Part shown: positions 17,338 to 23,885 of the stretch, piece by piece | How positions within the stretch are numbered: the first letter of the stretch is position 1 | Layout of the letters: every line of letters starts with the position of its first letter | Source of the DNA: a virus | Lineage: Duplodnaviria > Caudoviricetes | Strand: one strand, 5' to 3' | IMG/VR virus record: IMGVR_UViG_3300025769_000766 | Coordinates: 1 to 25,371 of that record | Length of the DNA: 25,371 bases | The notes under the pieces: model-generated | Told to the model about the DNA's origin: nothing | The model's input: only the letters and a program-made list of their open reading frames with translations | Databases searched by the model: none | Position numbers and translations under genes: made by a program

Positions 17338-19202
17338 CTCATCAATTAAATTTTATATACAATGATTCTGATTGGGTGTGTCCTTCAGAATATCCAGATT
17401 TATCTCAGGCAAAAGAAATTGCAATCGATCTAGAAACTAAAGACCCAAATATTAAAACTAAGGGATCAGGTTGGGCAACCTTTGATGGCCATATCGTAGG
17501 TTTTGCAGTTGCTGCGTTTGATCAACAATGGTACTTCCCAATAGGCCATGATGCAGGTGGTAATATGGATATTTCAATGACCACTGCTTTTATACAAGAC
17601 ATTCTCAAAACTCCTGCAACTAAAATTTTTCACAACGCTAGTTATGATGTGGGTTGGTTGTTGGTAAATGGATTCGAGATTAGAGGTAAAATAATTGATA
17701 CTATGATTGCGGCCGCAGTAGTAAATGAAAACAGATTTAGTTTTAGTTTAAATGCTTGTGCTAAAGATTATTTAGGTGAGATAAAAAATGAAACTTTCTT
17801 AAATGAAAAAGCTAAAGAATGGGGTATAGATCCTAAAGCAGATATGTGGAGATTACCCGCAGGTTATGTAGGTTTTTATGCAGAACAAGATGCGGCCTTA
17901 ACTTTAAAATTATGGCAAAGATTAAAACAAGAAATTGTTAAACAAGATTTACATGATGTTTGGGAAATGGAAATGGAATTACTTCCTATCTTAATTGATA
18001 TGAGAAGAAGGGGAATTCGAGTTGACATAGATAAGGCTGAACAAATTAAAAAAGAATTTAAACAAAAAGAGGCAATTGTTTTAAAAAAAATTAAGGATGA
18101 AACTACAATAGGTGTAGACATTTGGGCCGCAAGATCAGTAGCGCAAGTGTTTGATCGAATAGGTGTTGATTACCCACGGACAGCGAAAACCGAAGAACCT
18201 AGCTTCACACAAAATTGGTTAATAAATTGTAATAACCCGATAGCGCAACTAATAAGAGAAGCAAGAGAAATAAATAAATTCCATTCAACATTCATAGACT
18301 CCGTTTTAAGATATACTCACAAAGGTAAAATCCATTCTGAAATAAATCAATTAAGATCTGACCAAGGTGGAACAGTATCAGGACGTTTATCATATTCCAA
18401 TCCAAATCTCCAACAAATTCCAGCGCGTAATAAAGAGTTTGGAGACAAGATAAGAAGTTTATTCTTACCCGAAGAAGGTAAACAGTGGGGAAGCTTTGAC
18501 TACTCACAACAGGAACCGAGACTTGTTGCTCACTACGCGGCATCAGTTTCAAAACAATTTGCAGGGGCCGATGAATTTATTCAAGCATATGAAGATGAGT
18601 CTGCAGACTTCCATCAAATAGTTGCGGACATGGCCGGAATTTCAAGAACGCAAGCTAAGACAATTAACTTAGGTTTGTTTTATGGAATGGGTAAAGCAAA
18701 ATTAGCTAAGGAACTTGGTATAGATAAAGATAGCGCGGAGAGATTGTTGAATACTTATAATGATAGAGTTCCTTTTGTAAAAAAATTAGCAGTTGAAGTT
18801 ACATCAAGCGCTTCTAAATATGGGTTTGTGAGAACAATAAAAGGTAGAAAGTGTAGATTTGATATGTGGGAACCATCCACTTTTGGTATGAATAAGGCTA
18901 TGCATTATGAAGAAGCAAAAGCAATTTATGGAAATAACATTAGACGTGCTTTCACTTACAAAGCTTTAAATAGATTAATTCAAGGATCTGCTGCAGATCA
19001 AACAAAGCAAGCTATGATTGATTGTCACAAAGCGGGGTATCAACCTTTGTTACAAATACATGATGAATTATGTTTCTCAATCAATGAAGAAAAAGATGTT
19101 AAAATTGTAAAAGATAAAATGGAAAATGCAATTGATACATTGAAAGTTCCTTCTAAGGTAGATATTGCCTTAGGTAAATCTTGGGGTGAAGCTAAAGAAT
19201 AA
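17334..19202 (+). CDS. Phage family A DNA polymerase (3'-5' exonuclease plus polymerase, no 5' nuclease)
   Basis: ExoI IAIDLET, ExoII HNASYD, ExoIII YAEQDA; SGRLSYSNPNLQQIP; motif A DYSQQEPR; motif B RTQAKTINLGLFYG; motif C QIHDEL. Confidence 0.97.
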   Translation: MTHQLNFIYNDSDWVCPSEYPDLSQAKEIAIDLETKDPNIKTKGSGWATFDGHIVGFAVAAFDQQWYFPIGHDAGGNMDISMTTAFIQDILKTPATKIFHNASYDVGWLLVNGFEIRGKIIDTMIAAAVVNENRFSFSLNACAKDYLGEIKNETFLNEKAKEWGIDPKADMWRLPAGYVGFYAEQDAALTLKLWQRLKQEIVKQDLHDVWEMEMELLPILIDMRRRGIRVDIDKAEQIKKEFKQKEAIVLKKIKDETTIGVDIWAARSVAQVFDRIGVDYPRTAKTEEPSFTQNWLINCNNPIAQLIREAREINKFHSTFIDSVLRYTHKGKIHSEINQLRSDQGGTVSGRLSYSNPNLQQIPARNKEFGDKIRSLFLPEEGKQWGSFDYSQQEPRLVAHYAASVSKQFAGADEFIQAYEDESADFHQIVADMAGISRTQAKTINLGLFYGMGKAKLAKELGIDKDSAERLLNTYNDRVPFVKKLAVEVTSSASKYGFVRTIKGRKCRFDMWEPSTFGMNKAMHYEEAKAIYGNNIRRAFTYKALNRLIQGSAADQTKQAMIDCHKAGYQPLLQIHDELCFSINEEKDVKIVKDKMENAIDTLKVPSKVDIALGKSWGEAKE

Positions 19203-19211
19203 TTGTTTTAG

Positions 19212-19430
19212 TTAATGTAAAAATTTATCAATTTTTTTTTCAAATTTATAATTTGATTTTTTTAAATCTTGGCAGATGTCATCGAACAAATGCCATAAAT
19301 CTACTTCACTTTTTTTTAATTTTTTAAAACCACCAACAAAATGAGCTTTACTTGAAATTAGATCTTCTATTATTTCAATATCTTTAACAGACAAATAAAC
19401 TTTAACACCTTTAACTTTTTTTTGAGACAT
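19212..19430 (-). CDS. Hypothetical protein
   Basis: 72-aa ATG ORF convergent with the polymerase; it fills the gap with no competing ORF. Confidence 0.6.
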   Translation of the reverse strand: MSQKKVKGVKVYLSVKDIEIIEDLISSKAHFVGGFKKLKKSEVDLWHLFDDICQDLKKSNYKFEKKIDKFLH

Positions 19431-19451
19431 AGATAGCCTACAGAATAATTG

Positions 19452-19487
19452 AAAAAATAAAAAATGCTAGTTTTTTTTTAACTAGCA
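19452..19487 (-). terminator. Probable rho-independent terminator
   Basis: TGCTAGTT (19465-19472) and AACTAGCA (19480-19487) form an 8-bp stem, followed on the minus strand by a long U-rich tract. It overlaps the stop of the 19666 ORF. Confidence 0.55.
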
Positions 19488-19666
19488 ACATCTAGAAGAC
19501 CTTTTTTTGCGTCTTCCACACTTTGATCATTGATCTTTTTTCTAAGATCTTTGATTTTTATATCCATCCACTTCATGTCAGTAGTCACTCTACCCTGTGC
19601 TAACGCTTGTGTTGCCCACTTGGACTCCAACTGAAGTTTTTCCGATATTAACTTTTGTAGTGCCAT
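19478..19666 (-). CDS. Hypothetical coiled-coil protein
   Basis: 62 aa, strong SD GAGGAGG upstream, helical sequence. Confidence 0.7.
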   Translation of the reverse strand: MALQKLISEKLQLESKWATQALAQGRVTTDMKWMDIKIKDLRKKINDQSVEDAKKGLLDVAS

Positions 19667-19856
19667 TTCGGTCTACCTCCTCAAAGGTTAAGAAAAGGAC
19701 ATTGGGATCATGGAAACCAGGGCCTTCTCTTTCTATTACGTCTCCTGAGTCAACCTTCTTTACAAAATCCTCAAGGACGGCCTTATCGTTCTCAGCCTCA
19801 AGCATCTCATCGACATATATATTTTTATAGTTTGCTTGGACGCGATATAGCTTCAT
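19590..19856 (-). CDS. Hypothetical protein
   Basis: 88 aa, MKLYRVQANYK..., preceded by TTGCAA-18-TATAAT. Overlaps the next gene by 77 nt. Confidence 0.65.
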   Translation of the reverse strand: MKLYRVQANYKNIYVDEMLEAENDKAVLEDFVKKVDSGDVIEREGPGFHDPNVLFLTFEEVDRNGTTKVNIGKTSVGVQVGNTSVSTG

Positions 19857-19861
19857 GTGGT

Positions 19862-19891
19862 ATTATATATCAAAATGTGACAAGATTGCAA
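19862..19891 (-). promoter_or_regulatory. Sigma70-type promoter, probably giving a leaderless mRNA
   Basis: TTGCAA (19891-19886), 18 nt, TATAAT (19867-19862), then 5 nt to the ATG at 19856. Confidence 0.6.
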
Positions 19892-19893
19892 TA

Positions 19894-20124
19894 CTAAGCA
19901 GTGTTAAGACTTCTGCATTCAAATCTAATGGCTAATTTTTCTTTATTTATACGATCAAGACCGTAATTTTCATCTTCTACCAGTAATTTAAGGGTTTTTT
20001 GAGATATTGCATAACCCGCTATTGCACAATCATAATGATTTGTGAACTGAAATCCAGGTATGTGAGGATCAATACACTTACTAGTTATCATACTACAGAG
20101 ATGTAACACCAAAATAAACTTCAT
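19894..20124 (-). CDS. Small Cys-containing protein with hydrophobic N-terminus
   Basis: MKFILVLHLCS....C...F....DC...G...FEC pattern with four Cys; possibly exported and disulfide-bonded. Confidence 0.7.
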   Translation of the reverse strand: MKFILVLHLCSMITSKCIDPHIPGFQFTNHYDCAIAGYAISQKTLKLLVEDENYGLDRINKEKLAIRFECRSLNTA

Positions 20125-20190
20125 TATCCTATATTATCCTACCTTATTATTTACTTGCATATCCCATAAAAATATATATATAAGGAGAGG
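20124..20190. promoter_or_regulatory. Divergent control region with repeated TATCCYA motifs
   Basis: ATTATCCTA occurs twice 10 nt apart (20123-20141), and ATATCCCATA directly follows TTGCAT (20155-20160). An AT-rich -10 region and SD AAGGAGAGG (20182-20190) follow. Confidence 0.5.
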
Positions 20191-20238
20191 CAATGAATAA
20201 CATTATCATAAATAAAAACAAAAATAAAGGGAAACAAA

Positions 20239-20403
20239 ATGGCTAAGAAAAAGATACATGTAATTTTAACAGAAGAAGAAATTACAAATATTTTAAATAG
20301 ATTTTCTGTTGGAATGCTATCAGATAATTTAGATGAAGAAGATAAAAATTTGGCAAGAAAATTAAATTTTGCCTTAAACCAAATTGAAAGTGAACAGAAA
20401 TAA
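20239..20403 (+). CDS. Small hypothetical protein (54 aa; not in the ORF track)
   Basis: Hand translation MAKKKIHVILTEEEITNILNRFSVGMLSDNLDEEDKNLARKLNFALNQIESEQK. SD AAGGGA, TAATG-coupled to the next gene. Confidence 0.7.
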   Translation: MAKKKIHVILTEEEITNILNRFSVGMLSDNLDEEDKNLARKLNFALNQIESEQK

Positions 20404-20651
20404 TGAAATCAAAATCTGAAGCTTTTAATGATTGGGTGAATGAAATGGACAAGGTACTTTCTGAAACTCAAACTATAACAATAGATGGTCAACCGATGGA
20501 AGAATCTGATGATCATTTTAAATCACAATTAAAAAAACTTGCAAAAGTTCCGCTAGTCCTAGATGATCAGGCTGTCTACCCACTTAATGAGTGGACATCT
20601 TCTGATTTAGTCCATAGTGAAATTGATGCAAAAAATATGGAGAATGAATAA
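20403..20651 (+). CDS. Hypothetical acidic protein
   Basis: 82 aa, TAATG-coupled at both ends. Confidence 0.7.
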   Translation: MKSKSEAFNDWVNEMDKVLSETQTITIDGQPMEESDDHFKSQLKKLAKVPLVLDDQAVYPLNEWTSSDLVHSEIDAKNMENE

Positions 20652-21430
20652 TGTCTAAAGCAAAAATAAAAGACGACAATGTAATATACGTTACAAGAGA
20701 TTACAGTATGTTTAAAACTGTAAGAGGAAATCGTGAGGTGGACAAAGGACACGTTGCGAAATTAAAAAAAGAAATCAAGAAAAGAGATCTTGATCTTCCC
20801 ATCTTTATCAATGAACATGATGAAGTTGTAGATGGACAACATACCCTACAAGCACGTAAAGAATTGGGTAAACCTATCAAATACATAAGAGGTAAATTCG
20901 AAAATGAATTCGATGTTGCTATTATGAATGCCAATAGAAAAAATTGGTCTATGAAGGGTTACTTAGACTTTCACATTGAGAACGGTAAAAAAGATTATCA
21001 AATCGTTCGAGCAATGACTAAACAATATTCACTACCTTTAGAGTGTGCAATATTTTTACTTGCTGGAGGTTATTCAATGTGGAGAGAAACTAGAAATGAT
21101 TTTAAACAAGGTAAGTTTAAAATTACAGCGTTACAAAGATGTAATGATATTGGTAGTTCGTTAATGTTTATGAAAAATAACTTTAACATTAAACTAACCA
21201 GATCTTTTATTACTGCTTACGCGGTGGTTTCGGAACATCCTAAATTTAAATGGGATCGTTTTAAAACTGCATTGAAAAGTAAATCTGCGATGTTGTTGCG
21301 GGGTACAAATACTGAAGATTTTGTTAGAGTATTTGATAAAATCTACAACGGTAATGTTCACAATAAAATAAACTTTACCAGGTATTTTATTGACCGAGAA
21401 TACCAAGAGGATGAATTAAACAATAACTAA
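20651..21430 (+). CDS. ParB/Srx-like N-terminal domain protein
   Basis: GNREVDKGHV..L...I...DLPIFINE..EVVDGQHTLQA...LG.PI.Y, followed by MNANRKNW. Confidence 0.75.
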   Translation: MSKAKIKDDNVIYVTRDYSMFKTVRGNREVDKGHVAKLKKEIKKRDLDLPIFINEHDEVVDGQHTLQARKELGKPIKYIRGKFENEFDVAIMNANRKNWSMKGYLDFHIENGKKDYQIVRAMTKQYSLPLECAIFLLAGGYSMWRETRNDFKQGKFKITALQRCNDIGSSLMFMKNNFNIKLTRSFITAYAVVSEHPKFKWDRFKTALKSKSAMLLRGTNTEDFVRVFDKIYNGNVHNKINFTRYFIDREYQEDELNNN

Positions 21431-21444
21431 ACAGAAAGAAAACA

Positions 21445-21660
21445 ATGGACATAAACAAATGGAAATCCTGTGCCGTTGACATTGATACTTATTGCTTGTT
21501 AAGAGCAATGGGTAGTCACGGCTTTAGGAAACCGGCATCGATGATTGCTAAAATTACCGATGATGAAGTTAAAAAAATTGCTAAAAAGCAAAACGCTTCG
21601 TACGAAAAGACGAAAGAAAATTTACTATCTCAAGGGCGCAAGCTACTGAACGGTAAATAA
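21445..21660 (+). CDS. Small putative DNA-binding regulator (ribbon-helix-helix-like)
   Basis: KWKSCAVDIDTYCLLRAMG...RKPASMIAKI fits a strand-helix-helix pattern; 71 aa, basic. Confidence 0.55.
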   Translation: MDINKWKSCAVDIDTYCLLRAMGSHGFRKPASMIAKITDDEVKKIAKKQNASYEKTKENLLSQGRKLLNGK

Positions 21661-21668
21661 TGGCCATG

Positions 21669-21701
21669 TTGAGCGGTGCCCGGTAGCCTGGGCCCGCTCA
21701 A
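21669..21701. terminator. GC-rich hairpin ending the 20239-21660 operon
   Basis: TTGAGCGG/CCGCTCAA outer stem plus GCCCGG/CTGGGC inner stem. No clear poly-U tail. Confidence 0.5.
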
Positions 21702-21709
21702 TTAAATAC

Positions 21710-21738
21710 TTGCAAAGTTTTCAAATCACCTATAAAGT
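21710..21738 (+). promoter_or_regulatory. Sigma70-type promoter ahead of a ~200-nt untranslated structured region
   Basis: TTGCAA (21710-21715), 17 nt, TAAAGT (21733-21738). It is overlapped by CAAATCACCTA, which repeats at 21753-21763. Confidence 0.5.
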
Positions 21739-21744
21739 AAGATA

Positions 21745-21945
21745 TCGTATTCCAAATCACCTAAATGAAAAAGTGGGGTTAATCACTTTACATTCAATAA
21801 TCACGAAAAACTTTAATTAACTTAATTTTTGAGAGGTTAAAGGTGTATGGGTACGATAATTTTGTTTTTAGACATATTTCCCGTTTTTTCGGGGAACTTA
21901 CATGCGGAGACTATCCATTCCATATCTTTTCCCCTCCGCATGTAA
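21745..21945 (+). ncRNA. Candidate structured leader or antisense sRNA
   Basis: Hairpins at 21770-21789 and 21877-21896, and a perfect 12-bp stem 21898-21909/21934-21945 with a 24-nt pyrimidine-rich loop complementary to start-codon regions. Confidence 0.45.
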
Positions 21946-21949
21946 AATA

Positions 21950-22141
21950 ATGGAAGATCTAGATAGTATAACTCAAGAAAAATTAGAAATTTGTCGTAGC
22001 CTTACAGGAGAGGAACGTTCTGAGTTTATAGAAAATCATTTGGATGATTATTATTTTGCCATGAATATTGTAACTAACCGAAAAGTATTAAGGCATTATC
22101 GTGAATTATTCACTAAACTTATTAAAGATTTTGGGCACTAA
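21950..22141 (+). CDS. Hypothetical protein
   Basis: MEDLDSITQEKLEICR...; the ATG at 21950 is preferred because the 21902 ATG is buried in a 12-bp stem. Confidence 0.6.
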   Translation: MEDLDSITQEKLEICRSLTGEERSEFIENHLDDYYFAMNIVTNRKVLRHYRELFTKLIKDFGH

Positions 22142-22550
22142 TATAGCAAGAGAACTGCTTAACGAAAAACGGACACCGGAGGAGCGGTTGTTTCAGGCTA
22201 TAATATTACAGGCTTTTGAGGACGCTTTAAATATGGGGGAGCATAAGCATGACGCTTACTGTAAACAGGATAGCTATAACTGGTTTACTAATGATACAAA
22301 AAATTTTAACGATATCTGTTGGTTCGCTAATTTTGAGCCGGAGATAATTCGATCTAAGTTCAATGAGCTGATATCAATAAAACAAATAACCTACACCAAA
22401 GTTCAATTAAAATGGCTTAGATATCGTTGGTTGTATAAGGAATATCGAGCTAGCGAGGATAAGGCACAGCGTAGAAAAATTTTAAAAGAGATTAAGAGTA
22501 TCGAGGGGATAAAAAAAGCCCCCAAGGTTAATAAGAAAAAACATAAATGA
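22101..22550 (+). CDS. Conserved phage hypothetical protein
   Basis: PEERLFQAIILQAFEDA...SYNWF...FNDICWFANFEPEIIR, a pattern seen in proteobacterial phages. Start uncertain (GTG 22101 or a later TTG). Confidence 0.65.
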   Translation: MNYSLNLLKILGTNIARELLNEKRTPEERLFQAIILQAFEDALNMGEHKHDAYCKQDSYNWFTNDTKNFNDICWFANFEPEIIRSKFNELISIKQITYTKVQLKWLRYRWLYKEYRASEDKAQRRKILKEIKSIEGIKKAPKVNKKKHK

Positions 22551-22568
22551 AAAAAAAACCTTAGGGGC
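22511..22568 (-). terminator. Large-loop hairpin with U-tract on the minus strand
   Basis: GCCCCCAAGGTT (22518-22529) and AACCTTAGGGGC (22557-22568) pair fully on the minus strand with one G-U, followed by U7 (A7 at 22511-22517). The loop is 27 nt. Confidence 0.5.
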
Positions 22569-22637
22569 AAGAGAGCAAATAATGATAAACACTATTTAAG
22601 TCATTTATAGCACAGGACAACGGATCAGTAAACAATT

Positions 22638-22741
22638 TATCCTCCCCAAGCCCCGAGACTGCTTAAAAGGGTTATATGGGCGATTAAGGGGTAAAATATC
22701 CTCCCCAGACCCCGAGAATTTATCCTCCCCAGGCCCCGAGA
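22638..22741. repeat. Three copies of the 21-bp TATCCTCCCCARRCCCCGAGA
   Basis: Copies at 22638-22658, 22697-22717 and 22721-22741 differ only in the two central purines (AG/GA/GG). Confidence 0.92.
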
Positions 22742-22806
22742 AATATTCTCTTATATAGATTATACAGACCCCTGATAAAGAAAAAGTACCCCATAGGGTA
22801 AATATG

Positions 22807-22910
22807 GTGTCCCTCGTGTCCCTCTAATCAAATAATATAATAATAACAATGCTTTAAGTACGTTTTTATAGTGTCCCTTTGGTGTCCCTATGGTGTCCCT
22901 CAGGGACACC
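22807..22910. repeat. Six GTGTCCCT iteron-like repeats flanking an AT-rich core
   Basis: Direct copies at 22807, 22816, 22871, 22882 and 22893, and an inverted copy at 22902-22909 forming the palindrome GGTGTCCCT-C-AGGGACACC. Confidence 0.92.
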
Positions 22911-22958
22911 TAGCAAGTAATATTACTTAAAGAGATACCCTTCGCAACTTTTTAGAGG

Positions 22959-22977
22959 TGTTATAATGTGTTAAAAT
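22959..22977 (+). promoter_or_regulatory. Tandem extended -10 elements upstream of terS
   Basis: TGtTATAAT (22959-22967) and TGtTAAAAT (22969-22977). Confidence 0.5.
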
Positions 22978-22995
22978 AATCTATATAGTAGAAAT

Positions 22996-23517
22996 ATGGC
23001 CCAGATAAAAAAAATAGAAAGATCCGATAAAGACTTAACTCCAAAACAAAGATTGTTTGTAGATATACTCGTTGCAAACTGGGGTGAAATTTCTTATGCG
23101 GACGCTTGCAAGCAAGCAAAATACGATTGCAAAAATCCGACTGATTATTCTGCAATTGCTTCAAGGTTATTAAACAGAAGATTAAATCCTCACATAGCAA
23201 AATATTTAGATAAAAAATATGAAGAAGAAGTTAATAAGTTTTCAAAAGATAAATTAAAAAGATTTAGAAGATTAGATAAGTTATCAAAAGAAGCTGAGAA
23301 AAATAAACAATTTAATGTATCTGTCCAAGCTGAATACAGATCCGGTCAGTTAGCGGGCATGTATGTTGATAAGAGAGAGGTCACTGTTTCGGGCCTTGAA
23401 GGAATGAGCCGTGATGAATTAGAAAATAAGTTAAAAGAATTATCAACTAAAATAGACGGATACAATGCTAAAACAATTGAAGCGGAAACAACCGAGATCA
23501 AAGAAATTGAAAATTAA
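22996..23517 (+). CDS. terS: Terminase small subunit
   Basis: LTPKQRLFV...YADACKQAKY...ASRLL...PHIAKYL HTH region, helical oligomerisation region, and SVQAE..SGQLAGMYVDKREV. Confidence 0.75.
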   Translation: MAQIKKIERSDKDLTPKQRLFVDILVANWGEISYADACKQAKYDCKNPTDYSAIASRLLNRRLNPHIAKYLDKKYEEEVNKFSKDKLKRFRRLDKLSKEAEKNKQFNVSVQAEYRSGQLAGMYVDKREVTVSGLEGMSRDELENKLKELSTKIDGYNAKTIEAETTEIKEIEN

Positions 23518-23620
23518 TAGTTTTAGTGATTGGGTAAAAGTTTTTAATGAAAAACATAACCAACATTTAAAATCAAGTGTGGGGGTAGTTAGTGTCAAAA
23601 CGAAAAATAACAGTAAATAA
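23507..23620 (+). CDS. Possible 37-aa peptide
   Basis: TTG-start frame MKINSFSDWVKVFNEKHNQHLKSSVGVVSVKTKNNSK bridging terS and the next gene. No clear SD. Confidence 0.3.
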   Translation: MKINSFSDWVKVFNEKHNQHLKSSVGVVSVKTKNNSK

Positions 23621-23885
23621 AAAAGCTAAAAACTGGCAAGACAGATATCCAATGATTTCTTGCACATGGCTCGATATTTTATCCGACAGCTCATGGCAAT
23701 CTATTGATCAATTATTGAAATCTAATTTAGCAACTTGTGTTACTAAGGGCCATTTGTTATCTCAGGCAAAAGGGGTCACAAGAATTTTTGGTGATTATTC
23801 TGCAAATGAAAAAGGTGAGATTGAAGAAATAGGAAATACTACAATTATTCCAAACAGTGTTATAGTAAAGATACAAAAAATTTAG
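23592..23885 (+). CDS. Conserved marine-phage hypothetical protein
   Basis: W.DILSDSSW...C.TKG.L...RIFGDY...GNTTIIP...I.KI pattern. GTG start after GGGGG. Confidence 0.7.
   Translation: MSKRKITVNKKAKNWQDRYPMISCTWLDILSDSSWQSIDQLLKSNLATCVTKGHLLSQAKGVTRIFGDYSANEKGEIEEIGNTTIIPNSVIVKIQKI

Noticed and set aside
457-21406. Short opposite-strand ORFs in the track (e.g. 457-663, 2821-3021, 4366-4662, 7979-8170, 8255-8458, 9016-9204, 9336-9773, 10551-10742, 11507-11707, 11912-12118, 12827-13042, 17876-18121, 18292-18552, 19597-19830, 20701-20934, 21194-21406)
   Set aside because: They are antisense shadows of well-supported genes and show no recognisable motifs.
20651-21430. DndB/DGQHR phosphorothioation component
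   Set aside because: No other dnd or ssp genes are present; the sequence fits a stand-alone phage ParB-like protein.
21669-21701. tRNA fragment or att site
   Set aside because: It is a single hairpin with no T-loop, D-loop or CCA, and there is no integrase in the window.
21902-21949. N-terminal extension MRRLSIPYLFPSACKI
   Set aside because: Its ATG lies inside a perfect 12-bp stem and the extension spans only the hairpin, so 21950 is more plausible, though 21902 is not excluded.
22638-22741. Mini CRISPR array
   Set aside because: Only three repeats with spacers of 38 and 3 nt, no regular period and no cas genes.
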